Source: an uncultured Chloroflexia bacterium (GTDB lineage Bacteria > Chloroflexota > Chloroflexia > Thermomicrobiales > UBA6265). From it: a stretch of DNA of 64,000 nt. Made by a program: the position numbers and the translations under genes. The stretch covers positions 96,001 to 160,000 of the forward strand of contig CAVRUC010000005.1 of NCBI GenBank assembly GCA_963724295.1, given 5' to 3'. Of this stretch, positions 60,615 to 64,000 are shown in pieces (the stretch's first letter is position 1; every line of letters starts with the position of its first letter). The notes under the pieces are model-generated. The model was not told where the DNA came from, did not search any database, and saw only the letters and a list, made by a program, of their open reading frames with translations.

Positions 60615-61853
60615 CTATTTCGGAAGCGCTTCCAGCGAACTGGCGCCCGATGATCTGGAAGCTGCCACCTCTACTGTCAGGCCGAGCCGGCGTGCCACTT
60701 CAGCCATCGTCAGACCTTGCACCAGGAGCGTAAAGAGGACCACGCCATACGTCATAGCCAGCAGCTCGGCCCGATGGGGGAAGCCCGTGGGCAGGCTGAG
60801 TACCGCGGCCAGCGCGACAGCACCTCTTAGACCACCCCAGAAAATGACGTGCCTCTCCGGCCAGGTAAGCCGAAATCCCAATTGAGGGAGGACCGAGCCA
60901 ACGCCATAGGCGACCACAGCGCGTCCGGCCAACGCCGCCGCGATTCCAATCAAGACGGCGCCTGGATACTTCGTCAGTCCTGCCACGTGCACGGTCAATC
61001 CCATCAGCAGAAAGAGGGCGGCATTGGCGGAGAAGGCCAGGAACTCCCACAGATCAGTCAGCAGTCGTTCTGAGCCGTCACTATAGATCCAACCGCGAGA
61101 GCGCCCGAGATGGCCGAGCGTCATCGCCGCCGCTACGGTCGCTAGCACCCCCGAAAGATGAAGCGTCTCAGCAGCGAGAAACGCTCCATAGGCCATGGCG
61201 ACCGAAACCGTCATCTCGGTCAGGTGCTCGTCGATCGTGGCGATCAGCCTGTGACCGACCCAGCCGAGTCCCAGCCCGATGGCCACACCACCCACGACCG
61301 AAAGCAGAAGCGTTCCAGTAGCCTCCCCAAAGCTGAACTCTCCCTGTACGGCATGGGTGAGGGTGACCAGCAATGCCAGGGCGACGCCGTCATTGAGAAG
61401 ACTCTCGCCTTCCACTAGCGCGGCAAGCCGCGGGCTGACACCGAGCTGACGGAATGTCGCCAGGACGGAGATCGGATCAGTCGCGGCGATGATTGCCGCG
61501 AAGAGCAACGCCACGGACCACGGTAGCCCGAGTGTCCAGTGAACGAGAGCACCGCCGACGACCATGGCGAGCAGAACGCCGGGAACTGCAAACACAACGA
61601 CGCCTGTTCGCACGCGCCAAAGAAGTCGGAGATCGAGGACGAAGGAGGCCTCAAAGAGGAGAGGCGGCAGAAACAAGAGCAGGATGATCTCGGAGTTGAG
61701 CGTCGGTGCGGAAATCCCGGGAACAGCGCCGAGTACCAGACCCAGAAGCAGCAAGGCCAGCGTGTATTGCAGATGGATCCAGCGCGCGACAACTGCCACA
61801 ACCGCCGCGACAATCAGCAGGATGACGAGACCTTCGATTCCGCTCACCAGCAT
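60615..61853 (-). CDS. CPA1 family cation:proton antiporter (NhaP-like)
   Basis: FLPPLLFE, ATDPISV, EGESLLNDG, SGVLA and WGGLRGAV.LA..L motifs. Confidence 0.93.
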   Translation of the reverse strand: MLVSGIEGLVILLIVAAVVAVVARWIHLQYTLALLLLGLVLGAVPGISAPTLNSEIILLLFLPPLLFEASFVLDLRLLWRVRTGVVVFAVPGVLLAMVVGGALVHWTLGLPWSVALLFAAIIAATDPISVLATFRQLGVSPRLAALVEGESLLNDGVALALLVTLTHAVQGEFSFGEATGTLLLSVVGGVAIGLGLGWVGHRLIATIDEHLTEMTVSVAMAYGAFLAAETLHLSGVLATVAAAMTLGHLGRSRGWIYSDGSERLLTDLWEFLAFSANAALFLLMGLTVHVAGLTKYPGAVLIGIAAALAGRAVVAYGVGSVLPQLGFRLTWPERHVIFWGGLRGAVALAAVLSLPTGFPHRAELLAMTYGVVLFTLLVQGLTMAEVARRLGLTVEVAASRSSGASSLEALPK

Positions 61854-62023
61854 CCCGCCTACTCAGGTCAAGACCGCTACGTCGATGCAGCTGGAAACAC
61901 AAACGGGACCACCAATTGGCAGTCCCCTCCGTCAGCCGCGCGGGTATGGGGTACGCGGCGCCCCCAAAGAAATCAATTCTCAACCGTTGCCTGGTTTAGT
62001 CAGACCACCATGTCTGTCTTGCC

Positions 62024-62332
62024 CTATCCGAACGGCTCCGGATCGTAGCCACCGGTCACACCAGGGTCGGTATCGGCGCCAGGCCCGCCAGTTTCGACTC
62101 GCTCCGTCTCACGTCCGGAGAGGACGGCGACCAGCCTGTCGATAACCCCGGCCACGGCCGCGTCGCTGATTCGCATCTCCTGAGCGATCTCCCAGATCGA
62201 CGCGCCGTTCGCCGCCATCATGGCGATGTGGCGCTCCTGGGGCGGCAAGGTCAGGATGTAGTCGTGGGCACCTTGCAGGAGCCGCGTCGTCTCCACGTCA
62301 TGTTCCGTGTTCGGCGCGCTGTCAGCATCCAT
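62024..62332 (-). CDS. Small sigma-70 region 4/LuxR-like HTH protein
   Basis: LPPQERHIAMM...GASIWEIAQEMRISDAAV HTH pattern; GAGGA SD before ATG 62332. Confidence 0.6.
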   Translation of the reverse strand: MDADSAPNTEHDVETTRLLQGAHDYILTLPPQERHIAMMAANGASIWEIAQEMRISDAAVAGVIDRLVAVLSGRETERVETGGPGADTDPGVTGGYDPEPFG

Positions 62333-62394
62333 GCCCTGATCCTCTCGACGATGCGTCAGCCTGCAGCAGCTCGCTGCCGAAGAATACTCACGAC

Positions 62395-63501
62395 TCAGAT
62401 TGGGAGGCACGCCGCCGCGATCGATTCGATCAGATAGCGCGGAGTTCGCAGCTCTTCCCGGTCCAGACGCCGCGCAATCGCCGCGACCACAACCAGGTCG
62501 AGCGCCGGAACGACGAAGATGTGCTGCCCTCCATAGCCAAGCGCGAAATAAGCCGGGTATCCGGCGTTCGTGGCTGTGATCCACCACTGATAGCCATAGC
62601 CGGCCCAGGCACCCGTCGAGTCCCCGGCGCTCTGCCACGTCGTCGCCGCGGCCGCATACTCGGGATCGATGATCTGCTCGCCGTCCCACTCGCCATTGCG
62701 CAGATAGAGCAGGCCCAGCTTGAGCATGTCCCGCGGAATCAGCTCCAGCCCCGACCCGGCGCTGACCTCGTCCTGAGGAGACCGCATCCACTCACCTGGA
62801 CCGATGCCAAGCGGCTGGAACAGGACCTCTTCGGCGTAGTCCTCCAGCGGCTTGCCGGCCGCCTTGGCAACGGTGACGCCAAGCACCTGGGAACCGCCCG
62901 TGTTGTAGACGTAGGTCTCACCCGGAATGCCGACCACCGGCAAGCCGAGGGTCATCGCCACCCAATCTGGAGCCGCCAGCAATCGCTGCCAGTCCCCGTG
63001 GGCGTCCCACTGCAGTCCGCTCGTCATTGTCAACCACTGCCAGAGGGTGATATCCATCACGCGCGGATCGGCGCCGTCCGGAACCCTCTCGGGGATGCTC
63101 TCGCCCACGGTCTGCTCCAGGCCGTGCATCAATCCTTGCCGCAGCGCGGCCCCCGCCAGCGTTCCGGTGACACTCTTGGTCACCGAGCGCACATTGATGG
63201 GGGTCTCCGGATCCTGCCCGCCGTAGTACCGCTCGAAGACGATGTAACCGTATCGAGCGGCCAGCAACGCCGACAGCGCCGGAACTTCGTCCGGAACGCG
63301 CGCATCGACCGCGTCTAACGCAAACGGGTCAACACCCTGCTCCTCAGGATCCGCGACGCGCCAGCCGGCCGTCGGCCAGTAGTCGGGCACGACTTGCCGC
63401 GCTGACGTGCCCGAACCGGTAACCATCGTCAGCGCGGCTCCCGAGATGCCGGCCAGCAGCGCGCGCCGCGAACGACGCGAGCCATGTAACTCTCGTTTCA
63501 T
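62395..63501 (-). CDS. Serine hydrolase (beta-lactamase class C / 6-aminohexanoate-dimer hydrolase-like), Tat-exported
   Basis: SRRALL Tat motif; SVTKS (SxxK), LTMTSGL, YNT, YGYQWW and ALGYGGQ motifs. Confidence 0.92.
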   Translation of the reverse strand: MKRELHGSRRSRRALLAGISGAALTMVTGSGTSARQVVPDYWPTAGWRVADPEEQGVDPFALDAVDARVPDEVPALSALLAARYGYIVFERYYGGQDPETPINVRSVTKSVTGTLAGAALRQGLMHGLEQTVGESIPERVPDGADPRVMDITLWQWLTMTSGLQWDAHGDWQRLLAAPDWVAMTLGLPVVGIPGETYVYNTGGSQVLGVTVAKAAGKPLEDYAEEVLFQPLGIGPGEWMRSPQDEVSAGSGLELIPRDMLKLGLLYLRNGEWDGEQIIDPEYAAAATTWQSAGDSTGAWAGYGYQWWITATNAGYPAYFALGYGGQHIFVVPALDLVVVAAIARRLDREELRTPRYLIESIAAACLPI

Positions 63502-64000
63502 CGAACTAGGAACCCTCCCGCCGTCTCATCCTCAGGATCGACTACGAACTGCTGAAACCCGGTCAGGAAGCCGCGTCCGGCAATCTCGAGTCTCCACCGC
63601 AGGGTACGGCCCAACCGACGTTTCGCCCACGACGCGACCGGTAAACGTCGTCCCGATCACGCTCTCATGGATGTATGGCTGGCCGCATGAGATGCGGCCG
63701 TCGGCAAAGAGACAGGCGAGCTTGGCGGAGGTGCCGGTCCCACACGGCGAGCGGTCCACCGCGCCCTCCGCGTAGATGGTGATGTTCCGCCCGTCACCGT
63801 CCGTCGTTCGCGTCGGCTCGGAGATGATCGTGCCGTAGATACCGCGTAATTCGGGCTCATCGGGGTGAACCACTTCGATTTCGCGGTCCACCGCTCGCTT
63901 GATCTCCATCCCGAGCTGCGTCAGGGTGGTCGCATTTTCGGGAAGGACCTCGACCCTGAGGTCGGCGGCATCGACCAGCGCGTAGAAGGCGCCACCGTAG
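63498..64000 (-). CDS. Proline racemase family protein (5' part outside the window; apparent frameshift near 63590)
   Basis: YGGAFYA, HP....GIYG, DRSPCGTGTSA and ESVIG..F.G motifs; corrected tail EIAGRGFLTGFQQFVVDPED...GFLVR ends in an ATGA overlap with the next gene. Confidence 0.9.

Overview
GC-rich chromosomal segment whose gene content and protein style point to Chloroflexota, probably Thermomicrobiales (inference from Tat-signal solute-binding proteins, TGH...LGxPxT...QYFE repeats and the HPAHIHxGxC domain). No CRISPR array, transposase, integrase, rRNA or tRNA was seen. Housekeeping genes include tsaB-rimI-tsaD, inositol monophosphatase, a DarA/PstA-type c-di-AMP receptor, ppc, folC, an ECF sigma/anti-sigma pair, lon, recJ, tag, metY and nudC. 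There are three ABC importer clusters, none with an ATPase gene, and a GT2-flippase-methyltransferase-PQQ-propeller envelope cluster. About 20 single-base frameshifts interrupt otherwise intact genes; these are most likely long-read consensus errors. The best candidate for an undescribed system is a 12.5 kb minus-strand sugar catabolic cluster (17249-29808). It combines 1,5-anhydrofructose reductase, a family I CoA-transferase, a gluconate-2-dehydrogenase-gamma/GMC fusion, enoyl-CoA hydratase, GH88, a sugar ABC transporter, a second GMC oxidoreductase and DUF1684. Other notable items are a probable 6S RNA with an extra hairpin upstream of osmC-metY, a WYL-regulator/ABM/Tag module with a candidate operator over the regulator's own stop codon, and an apparently circularly permuted CHRD/SOD-like domain fused to a cupredoxin. 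All family assignments are from motif recognition by eye, not from database searches.
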